Source: the human T2T-CHM13v2.0 reference genome, Homo sapiens. Taken from it: a DNA stretch of 64,000 nucleotides. Made by a program: the position numbers and the translations under genes. How positions within the stretch are numbered: position 1 is the first letter of the stretch; every line of letters begins with the position of its first letter. The stretch lies in the NCBI RefSeq assembly GCF_009914755.1, contig NC_060927.1, one strand, 5' to 3'. A model generated the notes under the pieces. The model ran no database searches and was not told the origin of the DNA. It saw nothing but the letters and a program-made list of their open reading frames with translations. This document shows, one piece after another, positions 38,721 through 52,661 of the stretch.

Positions 38721-40009
38721 TGTCATCATTATCATTATAATCTACAGGCTGAAATAAAATTTATTCTACTAAAAGCACAGTTTGAAACACAGTCCTCATT
38801 TGCTTTTTTAACAGTTTAATCAAAAGTTTGAAAAAACTAGTGTAATTTGGAAATTTAATTCTAATTCTTTTGGATCTAATAAACAAAAAGTTAAATATGT
38901 TAGCATCAAGAACTTTAGATCTTGATAATGGATGTTAAGATTATAGATTTCATACACACTAAGGAAAAAATATATACCCTAGCTCCTGTAGTTAAGCACA
39001 TTTTTAAAATGTGCACTGAAGTGATGAACATGGTCATTATTGTGTCTATCATAACAAAGATATAATAAGGTTATATTTTATTTTTATTATATATAAACAT
39101 ATATATTTTTTATTATAACAAAGTTATAATAAATATGATCAGGCATGACTCAATGAAGAGTATCTAAATTATAATCACATAATTTTATCTTTCATTTTAA
39201 CAATACCTTGTAATTTATGTAGTGTTCTGAAGAAGCTATGGGCTCTCACTATGTAATGTTAGCAAAATAATTACAAACGATCCCTATGCAGACCATGTGA
39301 ACGAGCCAGAAGTGGAAGCATATAGCAAAACTATGTAAAAAGTAGCAAAAAACCTCTAAGGATGTCCATTTGACTGATGTGAATGATGAATGGAAGCTTC
39401 TAAAAATACTAGTAACAATAAACACTGTTGATTTGGCTATAATCCAAGCCAAAAAAAAAAAAAAAAGAGTCTATGTATAAGCAGGCTCATTGTTAGGGGC
39501 AGATGGCATGCTATTCCCATAAAATGTCAACTTCCTAAAATCAGGCCTGATAGCATCACACCCCAGTTTTAACATTTTCAGTGGCTTCTCAACTAGTACA
39601 TGGTAAATTTAGAACTTAGCATGGCATCCAGTGCCCTTATCTTCCTGTCTCCAGTCTACCATTCCAGCCAAATTTTTCATCATTCTCTCTTTACTCAAAA
39701 TGTAACCTAAATCCTAGTTGCATCAGACTAGAGAGGAGTCAAGTCTAGTATATTACTTTGAACTGTATAAAAATCTAGGCATTAAGCTATTTTTGACCTA
39801 CAAAATGACAATTTCATTCAACCTAATACATAATATAAAAAAGGAGAAACCGTAGCTTCATGTTAAATTCATTGCAAATCCAGGCAAATTACACCCCAGG
39901 ATTCTTGGAGAGCCCGAATATTATAACTAAATAACTATTGCTTAAAAAAGAGTTCTTATTAGGGTACATCGTTTTAGGAGTTGAGTTTTTCCTGGATGTC
40001 TTTCTTCTC

Positions 40010-40477
40010 TTTTCTTCTTCAGTACCACTCTTCATCCTTTTCCACCCTTTTCTATGACTGAAAGGCTGATCTACATTGACTGCTAGACTGCTGCCACTGG
40101 CTCCCTTGTCCTCTGACTTTGAATTGGATGTAGCCATTACGATACCTAGCAGGAGATCAGAAACAAGGAGGATCATGAGGCTGAATATTTGGCCTCCTGC
40201 TCCCGCCATGCACCGTTGCCTCAACCTGGCCATGCATTCGTACTAACGGCCAAGTCTCAAGATTTCAGTGTGTACCTAACTCTCCTCTTCTTGAGTTTCT
40301 GCAACTGCTCCCTCCTCTCATTGTGTAGGTCTAGGGTGAGATCAACTTCACCATTACCCTCATGATTTTCCTTACACATAGCCCACATCTTTGTAAATGT
40401 TTCCTTTATTAAACCTTTTACAAATTATCCTAATTTGAGTACATCATCTGTTGTCTGCTGTAATTCTAATTGACACA
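40010..40477 (+). mobile_element. LTR33-family (ERVL) solo LTR
   Basis: ggctcccttgtcctctgac..gcaggagatcag..ctttgtaaatg..ctttattaaac..caaattatcctaatttgagt..catctg..tgacaca. Confidence 0.7.
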
Positions 40478-40494
40478 AGACTAAATTCTTCATA

Positions 40495-40665
40495 TTATTC
40501 ACATTTAATTCTTACTACACTTTAAGGAAGGTTTGGTTATTACGTCATTTTATAGATAAGGGAACTTAAGTGCACAGAGACTAATTAATATGTCCAACAT
40601 CAAACAAAAAAATGTGTTACAGATCAAGGGTTGCAAGCCCAGCAATGTGACTCCAAAGGCTACAG
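40495..40665 (-). mobile_element. MIR
   Basis: cattttatagataagggaact..gtccaacatca..tgactccaaag. Confidence 0.6.
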
Positions 40666-41097
40666 TCCTGATGGGTGATGGGAAATTGTAATTTTGATTT
40701 TCTAAAATGGGGAAAAATAAATTTCAGAAACTACACATTGATAAAAAGAAATAATGATAATCACACATTTTCTGAACAGGTTATTAAATGTGTAGTCTCA
40801 GATGGTATGATGGTATGCTTTTTGGACATGGTAAAGAATTATGGGAACAAGGTCTTAGACTTCAGGAGACTTGGCAATTTTTGGTCTACAGTTTAGGGAA
40901 ACACAGAAAAGACTATCTTATTCAATTTGCTGATGCTGCAAAGCTAGGATAGAAGGCTGATAGAATCAGAATTTCAAATACATTGACAGACTAGAAAAAA
41001 TAGAGTAAATGGAATGAAATACAAAGGCAATAAATATCATGCTATGTTTGCAATGGTCAAGTGTCTTGCTTGCTAGAGTCTTTTTTTGTGGGGGAAG

Positions 41098-41190
41098 TTT
41101 TATTTTAATTGAGATATAATTTATATACCATACAATTTTCTCTTTTTTCTCAGTGTACAATTCAGTGGTTCTTAGTATAGAAGCAGAGAA
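41098..41190 (-). mobile_element. L1M(B) 3' terminal fragment
   Basis: aattgagatataatttatataccatacaatt..gtgtacaattcagtggtt. Confidence 0.6.
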
Positions 41191-41194
41191 TCGC

Positions 41195-41600
41195 ATTTAC
41201 TGGCTCAAGTAACTATATAACCTAAAGGACAACATTAAAGGTAAACACATGAAGGGGTTTCAAAAGATGTCATTAGGTCAGTTCTCCCGCTCTGTCACTC
41301 TCTTCTCTGTTTTCCTCTATGTTGGCTCCTGAGCAAGTTCCTATCACCAAAAGGGTTGATATTTTACCCTCTCTGGTTCAAGTCTAGTTGAAGAGAAAAA
41401 CTCTCTGAAAAATCTCTAGAAATGACACATGGTTGCGTATCATTAGCTCTGAAATAGGCCATGTGTTCACATTGAACTATAGCCAGGCATCTATAGTACT
41501 CTGATTGGCAAGGCAAGGATCCCATGCCCACCCCAGAGAGAAACCTAGCTCCACACAACCACAGGAATTGCAAGTTGGAGAACTGGGGTAATACAAAGAA
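41195..41600 (-). mobile_element. Old MLT1-type LTR
   Basis: tttactggctcaagtaact..actctgattggc..catgcccacccc. Confidence 0.45.
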
Positions 41601-41749
41601 AATCAGTCAGAAATCATTAAGCAAAGTGTTAAAGTTATATTAAGCAAAACCACAATTAAAATGCTTATCGACTACAAAATTCAAAACAATTTTTAAAATA
41701 CAGAATGTGGAAGGCATAGCTTCACTACAATATCATTACTATTAAAAAT

Positions 41750-42280
41750 CTCTTGGGGTTTTTGATGCCATTAAACTCAGTATAAACCAACTGGGTGATC
41801 TGAACACTAAAATAGGCTCAGACTGAATTGATCAATGTATATTGTTCACAGCAATAGTGGCAATATTTATATTGATCTGCACTTAACTGATTACACCTGA
41901 AATATTGTTTTAGGTGCTAGAAACTACATTATAAGAGAGATACTGAAGAGCTGGTGTCTATTCAATTGAGATTTATAAATGTGCTTGGAGGACATAAAAC
42001 TTAAGGAATGGTTGAAAAAAACAGGAAGGAATGTTCAGGTAGGGAAATGGACAGTTCAATCAGGTTATAATATCTGTGTTCTAATATTGAAGAAAGAATT
42101 TCATAGGGAAAGAAAAGTAGATTTATACAAAGCAATTATTGGTGGCTGAATTAAGACCAGTATAAACTTTTAGCAGTATTTTATTGCCTTACAAAAGTTG
42201 GAAATGTGTTTTAATAGGAGAAACATAGTGGTGTTAATTAGCGGGTAGGTAACTACTTCCTAAATATGTTACTGAAGGTT
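41750..42280 (+). mobile_element. L3/CR1 LINE fragment
   Basis: Degenerate CR1 RT 3' region: ttggggttttt..aaactcagtataaaccaac..acacctgaaatattg..gaatggttgaa..aattaagaccagt. Confidence 0.6.
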
Positions 42281-42339
42281 TATCAGGTTGGGTCAAACAT
42301 GGGACTAGAATTGGCCTTATGTATTTCCAGCTTGGAATT

Positions 42340-42550
42340 CAAGGAATCCTACTACCTGGATCCAAACTCTTTTGTCACGGCTCACTAGTTATGAAACTGG
42401 GAATCCTCTACAAACCTCATTTCTTAATCTGCAAAATGAAGATAACAGTCTCTTCCTTCTAGAGTTGTGGTATTACATTATTAATACCCACAAGGAACTT
42501 AGATTAGTGTATGGCCCATATTAAGTGCCCAATTTTAGCCATTATTATTA
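42340..42550 (+). mobile_element. MIR
   Basis: acctcatttcttaatctgcaaaatgaagataac..ttagccattattatta. Confidence 0.6.
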
Positions 42551-43834
42551 CTATACAGTTGACGATGAATACTTAACTTTCTTTGCCATGCATGTAGATT
42601 TCTATACTTAGTTGTGATAGGGCTAAAAAAAAAAGTTTTTCCTTTGTGTTACAAAACATATGGTAGGTTGAGCATCTTAAGGTATCGTTCTGCAGTAGAA
42701 CAGACTATAAGGTATTCACATAATTCTTTTACAACAAGCTATTTCCAAGAGCTCAATAATCATCCAGGTCCAATTTTTGGCAAAGCTATCAAGCTCTGGT
42801 GATGTACTTCTCTGCTGGGAAAGCCCATAAAACACCCACTGCTTCTCTTCCAAGTTGCACTCCTCTAAAGGATCAAAAGTCTGAGTCTTCTCACTAAGAA
42901 AAGGTATTGGCCAGAACTAAGTAAACACTCAGAAATTATTGTAAAGGTCTAATTTAAACAAGAACATCCAGATTTTGCTTATAGCTCAGAATCAAAACAA
43001 ACTCTCATGCCTGATCTCGACGTGTTTGGTTGTCTTTGGAAGATCACAGACATATGTCAAAGTAAATTCTATATTACACAGGAAGTGTGAACTTTGCCAT
43101 CACCAAATCAAGGGACTAACCTAAAATTCTAATTTTCTCAACTAGGATCAGTTGTAATCCTCTCATTTTTGAATCTTATTAACCCAGTCACAGACTGAAA
43201 TGTTTCAGAGCTTAACAAGGCTCCAAACTGAGAAGTCCATTGTGGCTGACTGTGCCACACGATCATTCCTTGACATTTTTTCCACTCAGAGAATAAAGCT
43301 GCAGTCATTTGGTTTACAAACAACAAGGCAGAAAGTCCTTTGGGTTATTTATCCCTAATGTTAAGAAAACAAAACAACAGCACTAAATTTATCAATGATG
43401 TAATCATGGCTAGAGTTTTCAAGCCTTATAAAAGAAATCTTGCTAATTGGAAGCATTGAAAACAATGTATGGTTCAAACACCGTCAAAGATTAGAGAGTG
43501 AATTATTATGTTTCTTACAGTTTAGGTCTGTGGCCCAGATTCTAAACTGTTAATTATTTTTTAACGTACTGAAACCATGCATGCTACAAACATAGGCATA
43601 GATACAAACTGAGTTGCATTTTAAACATGATTCTATTTTAAAACAAAGGAAAGTATAATTATCAAATTTATTTATGTAAACATATTTACTTGTATATTGG
43701 TCAAAAACAGCAAGAGCAAGTAAATATTGAGTAACTATTATGTCCTATACATTGTTCTAAAGGCTGAGGATGTACAGTATAGTGAACAAGACATTATAGT
43801 CCCTGCCTTCTCTTCTAGCAGAGGAGAGAGGGTA

Positions 43835-44145
43835 GGTAACTTCCGAGATGCCCCACCAGTGACCCTTGCCTAAGGGTCTTCAAGACCTTGTTGCAGCCTC
43901 ACCTCATTGTCTGTGGCTGGACCTAGAGATTTGCTTCTAACTAATACAATACGGTAAAAATGACAGGTTGTCATTTCCAACATTAGGCTATAAAAATCTG
44001 ATGAAAATCTTGCTTGCTCTCTCTCTGACTCTACTTGCATGCTTGCTTTGATAAGGCTGGCTTCCCTAAGAAGATGATCATGTAAGCAAAGAAGTGAGGG
44101 AGGCCTCCAACCAACAGCTAGCAAGGACTTGAAGTCCACAGTCCA
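43835..44145 (+). mobile_element. MLT1F/G-like LTR, 5' half
   Basis: ggctggacctagagatttgcttctaac..gagggaggcctccaaccaacagctagcaaggac. Confidence 0.6.
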
Positions 44146-44179
44146 GGCTGGAGTGGGTTGAGAATAAAAAAAGGAACAT

Positions 44180-45140
44180 TAGGTAGAAGTGACAGCAAAT
44201 ATTCTCAGATCTTTAAAGGAAGTTTTGCTTTAAAGAGGAACAAAGAAACATGGTGATGAGATGAAACACGAAACCTGGGAAAAACTTTTTTTTTTTTTTA
44301 ATGTACTGGCCTCAGGATTTGGTGGGTATGCTGTGATTGTACAGAACAGCCTGCATGGATAGTCACAAAAGTACTCCTTAAAGATGAATTGGCACCAGTG
44401 AGGGGTGATGGTTCACTTATTTGTTTGTTTACTCAAAGGTGATAACTTTGTTAGGAATGGGACCAGTCGTCTTTGGAAATCTGAATTAATTGGCAGTATT
44501 TTAAAACTATTTCTCTAATGTTTAGTACATGTCCTAAAATGGCTGCTTGATCGAATCACATCCCAAACTGGCCTAGATCTGAGCACCCTTTGGCCCACTG
44601 TGTTTGGGGGATAGAGTTCCTAGAGCAAGGCAAACAAAAACAAAAACAAACATAAAAATTTTTAAAAAGACACAGGCTGAAGCACTTTAAGTATTTTAAT
44701 ACTGAGAAGAGCAATTTTTAAATAAAAAGCAGGAGATATTATAATGTATCCTTATGTTTTGGAGAAGGGAGAATTTTATTATGTAGGGAAGGTGGTGATG
44801 AATTTTGGAGTAAAGGTTTTTAGAAAGTTATGAAATGGGATACAGGGCACAGATTTATCCTTTGCTAAGAGCCATTTGGTTAACCTGCTCTATTGGGAAG
44901 GAAGGTGGAGAGAATGGATACACTTGCAGGCAGGCTAGTGGTGGGAGTCTTTTCTTCCAAGATCTTCAAGTTTCTCATGAAACAAAAGACAAGAACTTAA
45001 GCTAAATGTGAGAAATGGGAGGAGGAGAGAAAATGAACTCATCCTCTTTGTGAGAAAAAGAGATGATGAATGTGAAACTTTCCTTACAGTGATTTGCTGT
45101 AATTGGAAGTATGGTGCAGAATACGGAGAGGTACATGAAA
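44180..45140 (-). mobile_element. L2 fragments (44180-44285 and 44720-45140)
   Basis: Purine-rich antisense L2 text (gaagttttgctttaaagagg; atgggatacagggcacag). Confidence 0.5.
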
Positions 45141-45146
45141 AAAGAC

Positions 45147-45492
45147 TGAGCTGAGATTGTGCCACTGCCCTCCAGCCTGGGCAACAAGAGCAAAACTCAA
45201 TCTCGAAAAAACAAAAATGCTGTTAATTTTTGTTTGTTGATATTTATCCTGCAACTTTACTGTACTTGTTTATTAGCTCCCATCGGATCCCTATTGCTTT
45301 TGGAAAAAAAGCCTATTTTTCCTTTTGTTCCCTGTGCCTTTTGGGTCATATTAAAAAAAAAATAATTGCCCAAACCAATATCATGGGGCTTTCCTCTAGT
45401 AGTTTTATAGATCCAGGTCTTATATTTAAGTCTTTGATCCATTTGAGTTGATTTTTCAATGGGGTGCAATATAGGGATTAAATGTTATTATT
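45147..45492 (+). repeat. Local duplication of 49430-49616 followed by 48441-48645
   Basis: Direct visual alignment; includes the Alu-tail/L1 junction and the motif ttgcttttggaaaaaaagcctatttttcc present at both sites. Confidence 0.9.
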
Positions 45493-48400
45493 GCTTGGTG
45501 TGATCATATAATAAATATAACATAATAAAAGCATGGAAATATTCCAGTAAAGAGCTAAAGGAGAGGGGCTCTTGAGAAATAGGAATGGGAGATGATATCC
45601 AGAACTGAAGAAGAGAGGCTGGTCTTCCACAGAATTGGGAACCCCCTCCACTGTGAAGCCAGGAAGAGAGTCCTATAAGCTCCCACTTCTCTTTTAATTT
45701 CTACCCCATTTCCAGTTCCTAGCAAGGTATTTAGAAATTCAGGTGTGAGTTCTTCATGTGCTACTTTTCACCCTTAACAGCACCCGCATAGTGTAGACAG
45801 TTTTCTGTGGGTTTTACTCTCATTTCTAGTGCTGAGTAAAGGTGGTATTTTAAAAATAATTTTATGTCTAATATGCTGTAATCACTTTCGAGTATTATTC
45901 AAAATATCTCACTTCTATTTTTTTTTGTATTTCAGATTTCTGACCATTCTCTCAAACCAATGGAGCCTGGCGACACTAAGATCATGACCTGGCGATTTCT
46001 ATAAGGCTACCTGGGGCCCCAGCTGCCCTTGAGAAGTAAAACTCAAAACTCGAGCTCTTTGCCACTCATCAGAGGTAGAATTATAATGGAGATCTAAACA
46101 AATTTCTCTATCTCCAAGCCCCAGGTGTAGAGCTAGGGACTATTCATATCAATTGCCTCCAGGGAAGAAAAAAAATGAGGGAGGGAATCTGAATGACTGA
46201 ACATTACTGAACAAGCACTTGTTAGTATAATAATTGTCAACCCTGGCAGATTCAGCTGGGAGGAAAATTGATGATAGTGGCTTAGCACAACTGTTTCAAC
46301 CAAAATGACAGTGCTGTGGGCAGCAGGAGATCTGCTAAGTGGAATAAACAAATGGCCACTAAGAGGAAAAAGTCAAAGGAAAATATTCATACGGGGTTTC
46401 AATTCAAAGCACCAACACACATTTTTGTAGATTAGATAAACTTCTATTTTCTAAAACTGCTCATTTTTGCTGCAGCTTCATTAACCATATGTTACCAGTC
46501 CTCTTATTCCTCACTATCGCTATCACTGTTCCGTAATACTCAATAGAGACATTCTCTGAAAAAGAATGCCCTGACAGCCCACTATATTTTATGTTTATAT
46601 AAAAAAGACATTGTAGATTGGCTAAAATTCCCTTTAAATTGTTTTGCTGATATTTAATCCGACCAAAAAATCTACTAGACATTTTTTTCCCATGTGTGCT
46701 AAGTGGAATGTTTTAAGAGCTACCACTGAAGAAAAGTAATTTTCTTGTCTTCTTCCACTAATATTAATGAAGCATCATTTTTTTCCTTTCATCTTCATTC
46801 ATATAAGCAATTGCAAATATATTGAGATTTATTGAATTACATTTAACCCCTATGAAATTTAACACCTGTTCATTAATTCACTCAAGAAAAGTTAGATTCT
46901 CACTAAACTAGGTAGAGTTGAGTGTCATCTTGATCATTATTTCATTTGGAGCAGATATTATATACTGGTCAACAAAAGGCACTTTTCTAAGTCGAATTGT
47001 ATTTGGAGAAACAATTTATTTTATATTTGTAAAGTAAATGTGGAATTCATTTCATCAACTGTGAAACAAAGGAAAATATGAAATCAGAAACACTTTATAC
47101 TATACTATATAAGATTCATTAGATAAGTGGGAAATATATGTCCAGATTAGATTATATCTAATTTGAATAAACAAACAACACATATTTTTGATTAATTTTC
47201 AGGTGGCCAATAATGAATTAAGATAAATTATACCAGTAACTGGACTACAAATAACAGTTCACCTGATTTCTCTGTCAACGATGAAGGCTTCTGACATTCT
47301 TGTTGATTGACAAATAAAAATTATACACATGTATGGTGCACAACATGATGTTCTGAAATGTATACATTGTAGAATGGCTAAATCAAGCTAATTTATGCAT
47401 TAGTTTGATCATGCATCAGCTCACATACTTTTTTTTTGTGGTGGTAAGAACACTTAAAATCTACTGCAACAATCTACTCTCAGCAATTTTCAAGTATATA
47501 ATATACTAACGAAAGTGACCATGATGTACAATAGATCTCTTGTACTTACTCCTTTTAATTGAAATTATGCATTCTTTCACCAATATCCTTTATTACCCCA
47601 CTCCTCAGCCTCTAGTAACCACTATTGTACTTTCTGCTTCTGTGAGTTAAATTTTTTGAGATTCAACATGTACGTAAGATCATGTGGTATTTGTCTTTCT
47701 GTGCCTGTCTTATTTCACTTAACATAATGTGCTCCAAGCTCACCCATGTTGTTATAAATGACAGGATTTCCTTCCTGTTTAATGCTGAATAGTTCATTGT
47801 GTGCATAAATATACACATTTTCTTTATTCATTCATCATTGGTGGATATGTAGGTTGATTTCGTATCTTAGCTATTGTGAATGTTTCTTCAATGAACATGG
47901 GAGTGCAGTTATCTATTTGACATACTGATTTTATACTCTTTAGATGTATACCCAGAAGTGGGATTGCCAAATCATATGATAATTCTATTTTTAATTTTTT
48001 GAGGAATTTTCATACTGTTTTCCATAATGGCTGTACTAATTTACTTTCCCACCATTCAGATACAAGGCTTCCCTTTTAACACTTCACATCTTCACCAACA
48101 CCTACATTGGTTTTTTTGCTAATATTATTCTAACAGATATGAGGTAATAGCTCATTGTGGATTTAATTTGCATTTCCCTGATGATTAGTGATGCTGAACA
48201 GTTTTCATTTACTTGTGGTCATTTCTATGTCTTCTTTTGAGAAACATCCATTCATTTTTTTCATTTCTTAATCAGGTTATTTGTTTACTTACTATTGAAT
48301 TGAGTTCCATATATATTTTTTGGATAATAGTGCCTTACCAGATGGGTGGTTTGCAAACATTTTTTTCCTTTTCTGTAGGCTGTCTCTTTACTCTATTTGT

Positions 48401-49205
48401 TGTTTCCTTTCCTATGCAGAATTTTTTTTAGTTTGCTGTAATCCCATTTGCTTTTGGAAAAAAAGCCTATTTTTCCTTTTGTTCCCTGTGCCTTTTGGGG
48501 CCATATTCAAAAAAATCAATGCCCAAACCAGTATCATGGGGCTTTCCTCTAGCAGTTTTATAGATCCAGGTCTTATATTTAAGTCTTTGATCCATTTGAG
48601 TTGATTTTTCAATGGGGTGCAAGATAAGGATTAAATTTTATTATTTTGCATGTGAATGTCAAGTTTTCCCAGCCCGATTTGTTGAAGGGACTGTCCCTTC
48701 CCTGTTGTGTGTTCTGGACATCTTTGTTGAAAATCAATTGACAACAAATACATGAATTTATTTCTGGACTCTTTATTGTGTTCTATTGGCCTATGTGTCT
48801 GTTTTTGTAACAGTACCATGTTGTTTTGATTATTATAGTTTTGCAGTCAATTTTGAAATCAGGTAATGTGATGCCTTTGGCTTTGTTCTTTTTGCTCAAG
48901 ATTGCTTTAACTATTCTGGGTCTTTTGTGATTCCAAGTGAATTTTAGGATTGTTTTTTCCATTTAAGTGGAAAATGTCATTGGAATTTTGATAGTGATTG
49001 CATGGAATTAGTAGATCACTTTGGATAGTACGGACAATAATAATTATTAATTCTTTCAATTCATGAACATGGAATATCTTTTCATTTGTCTGTATCTTGT
49101 TGTATTTCTTTCATTGATGTTTTATAATTTTTAGTCTACAGACTATTTTCTTGACTTTTTCTTTGTTGGATAGTTCATTGTTAGTGTATAGAAATGCTGT
49201 TAATT

Positions 49206-49558
<353 letters not shown>

Positions 49559-50299
49559 TGCGGTTAATTTTTGTTGATATTTATCCTGCAACTTTACTGT
49601 AGTTGTTTATTAGTTCTAATAGGGTGTTCTTTTTTTTTGGCAGATTCTTTGTGTGCAAATAAAAATGAATAGAAACAAGTGTACCCATGTCCTCCACCTT
49701 CCTTCCCATTGGATGCCTTTTATTTCTTTATCTTGCCTAATGGCTCTAGCTACAACTTCTAGTACTATGTTTATTAAAAGTGCCAATAGTGGACATCTTT
49801 GCCTGCTTCCTAATCTTAGAGGAAAAGCTTTGAAAATTTAGTTTGATGTTATTAATACCCGTGGACTTATCATATATGGCCTTTATTGTGTCGAAATAGA
49901 TTCTTTCTATACCTTATTTATTGAGATTTGTTATCATGACAAGATGCTCAATTTTCAGCATCCATTGAAATGATATATTTTTTGTTCCTCATTCTGTTAA
50001 TGTGGTATATTGCATTTGCTGATTTGTGTATGTTGAGCCATCTTTGCATCCTAGTAATAAATCTCACTTGATCATGGTGAGTTATTCTCTTAATAGGCTA
50101 CTGAATTTTGGTTGTTAATATTTTGTTGAGGAATTTTGCATCTATGTTTATCAGGAATAATGGCCATAGTTTTCTTTCCTTGTAAAATGCTTGTCTGGCT
50201 TTGGTATCAGGATAATGCTAGTATCATCGTAATGTTTCCTCTTTAATTTTTTGGAGCAGTTTGAGAAGGATTGGTATTAGTTTAGTTAAAATGTTTTGG

Positions 50300-50712
<413 letters not shown>

Positions 50713-51433
50713 TCATTATTGATTTAATTTGGTTGTTCTTTATTGGTCTGTTAAGATTTTCTATTTCTTCATGATTCAGTTTTGGTAGATTGTATGTATT
50801 GAACATTGTTTTCTAGGTTTTAATTTCTGACTAAATGTAACTTTTGATGAAATCATTGAATTGACCAAAGGCCACATATGTTTTACCAGATGAACTCAGC
50901 AGTTTTTAATGAGTTAATTTCTCCGATTTTATCTGATTCTGAAATTATATTAATTCATTGTGTATTATGTATTTGTTTAAAAATTGTATATTTATATTAA
51001 ATAAACTAAACAATCAAAAATAACGAATATCTGTTCCTGACTTTCACAATCTCTTCACTTTTCTGACCCTTAAAAATTCAATGTGATACAGATACCTAGA
51101 GAGTACAGTAAGAATGGGATAAAATATAAACCGTGTGTTAGTTTAGGGGCTGTCTATTACAGACCATGGCAAAGATGATAAGCTAAAATTCCATCAAGGA
51201 TCATTTAGGTGGGAATGTCACCAGGTGAAAGATACCCAAGATAAAACTGTAGTGAGTATTAGGATCCATGACCCGTTATAGGGTGTACATCTTCCTAAAG
51301 CCATTCCAATTAAACAGAAAAGAAAGTTTAAAAATGGTTCTGACCAAAAAACAAAACAATAAAACAAAAAGAACTCTACAAATCAAATTCAGCTGGTGCA
51401 GTTTGACAGTTTTAATTCAAAACTATTGTTCAG

Positions 51434-51856
51434 TGTACATCAGCTATTGCCATAATAATGCTGTGTAACAATCCACAGAAAAACTCAGTGGATTAAAACA
51501 ATTGCCATTTATTCTCATGCTTACAGGTCTGAGGGTAGATTGGAATCAGTTGATCTCAGATTGTTTGGCTGGCCTTGGCTACAGGCTGCAGGTTCAATTC
51601 AAATTAGCTCCATGTGTCTCATTGTGGAGCCCAGGCTGAATGATTAGTAACCACTCAGAACAAGAAAGTAATTATGCAATCATAAAGTCTCTAATCACAT
51701 CATTTTCACCAAAATTGCATTGGCCACAGCCAGCCTCATGGCTAAGTCTGAAGGGAAGAGGTTGGAATATATACTCCGTTTTCCATGAATTTGTGTCAGA
51801 AGTGAGAAGTAAAACAGATAAACAAAATATTGAAACTAATAATTTAACCTACCACA
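51434..51856 (-). mobile_element. MLT1H/I-like solo LTR
   Basis: cagctattgccataataatgctgtgtaacaa..actcagtggattaaaacaa...aacctaccaca. Confidence 0.7.
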
Positions 51857-51899
51857 TCTGATCAGTTGCTACGTGACCCTGTGTAAGATATTTGTGTTT

Positions 51900-52125
51900 A
51901 AAACTCAGGCTTTAGAAACCCATACACCTGATTTAAAGTCTAGCTAATCTACTCACTATTGTACAACCTTGGGCAAGTTAATTAAATTTTCTCAGCCTCA
52001 GTTTATCTGTTTATGAAATAGAAATTACAAGAATAATAATACCCATACCTCATAGGTTATAAGCATTAAATCACATAATCATTTTAAAGTGACTAGCACT
52101 GTTCCTGGAACGCAGTTAACATTAA
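51900..52125 (+). mobile_element. MIR
   Basis: accttgggcaagttaattaa..gcctcagtttatctg..acctcataggtt. Confidence 0.75.
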
Positions 52126-52281
52126 AAATTAACATTAGCTAACATTAACTGTGTTAGAAAGGACTTGAAGTAGGAAAATTGGTATTATGCTTTTACTATA
52201 TCAACTGATACTGCAATTAAATTGGATAAAAGCAGATGCAAATTACTCCAAAACATTATTTATTTATTTTCTTTTAAAGTA

Positions 52282-52661
<380 letters not shown>

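Noticed and set aside
39889-40233. 114-aa minus-strand ORF
   Set aside because: Lies mostly in an LTR33 relic; no domain recognised.
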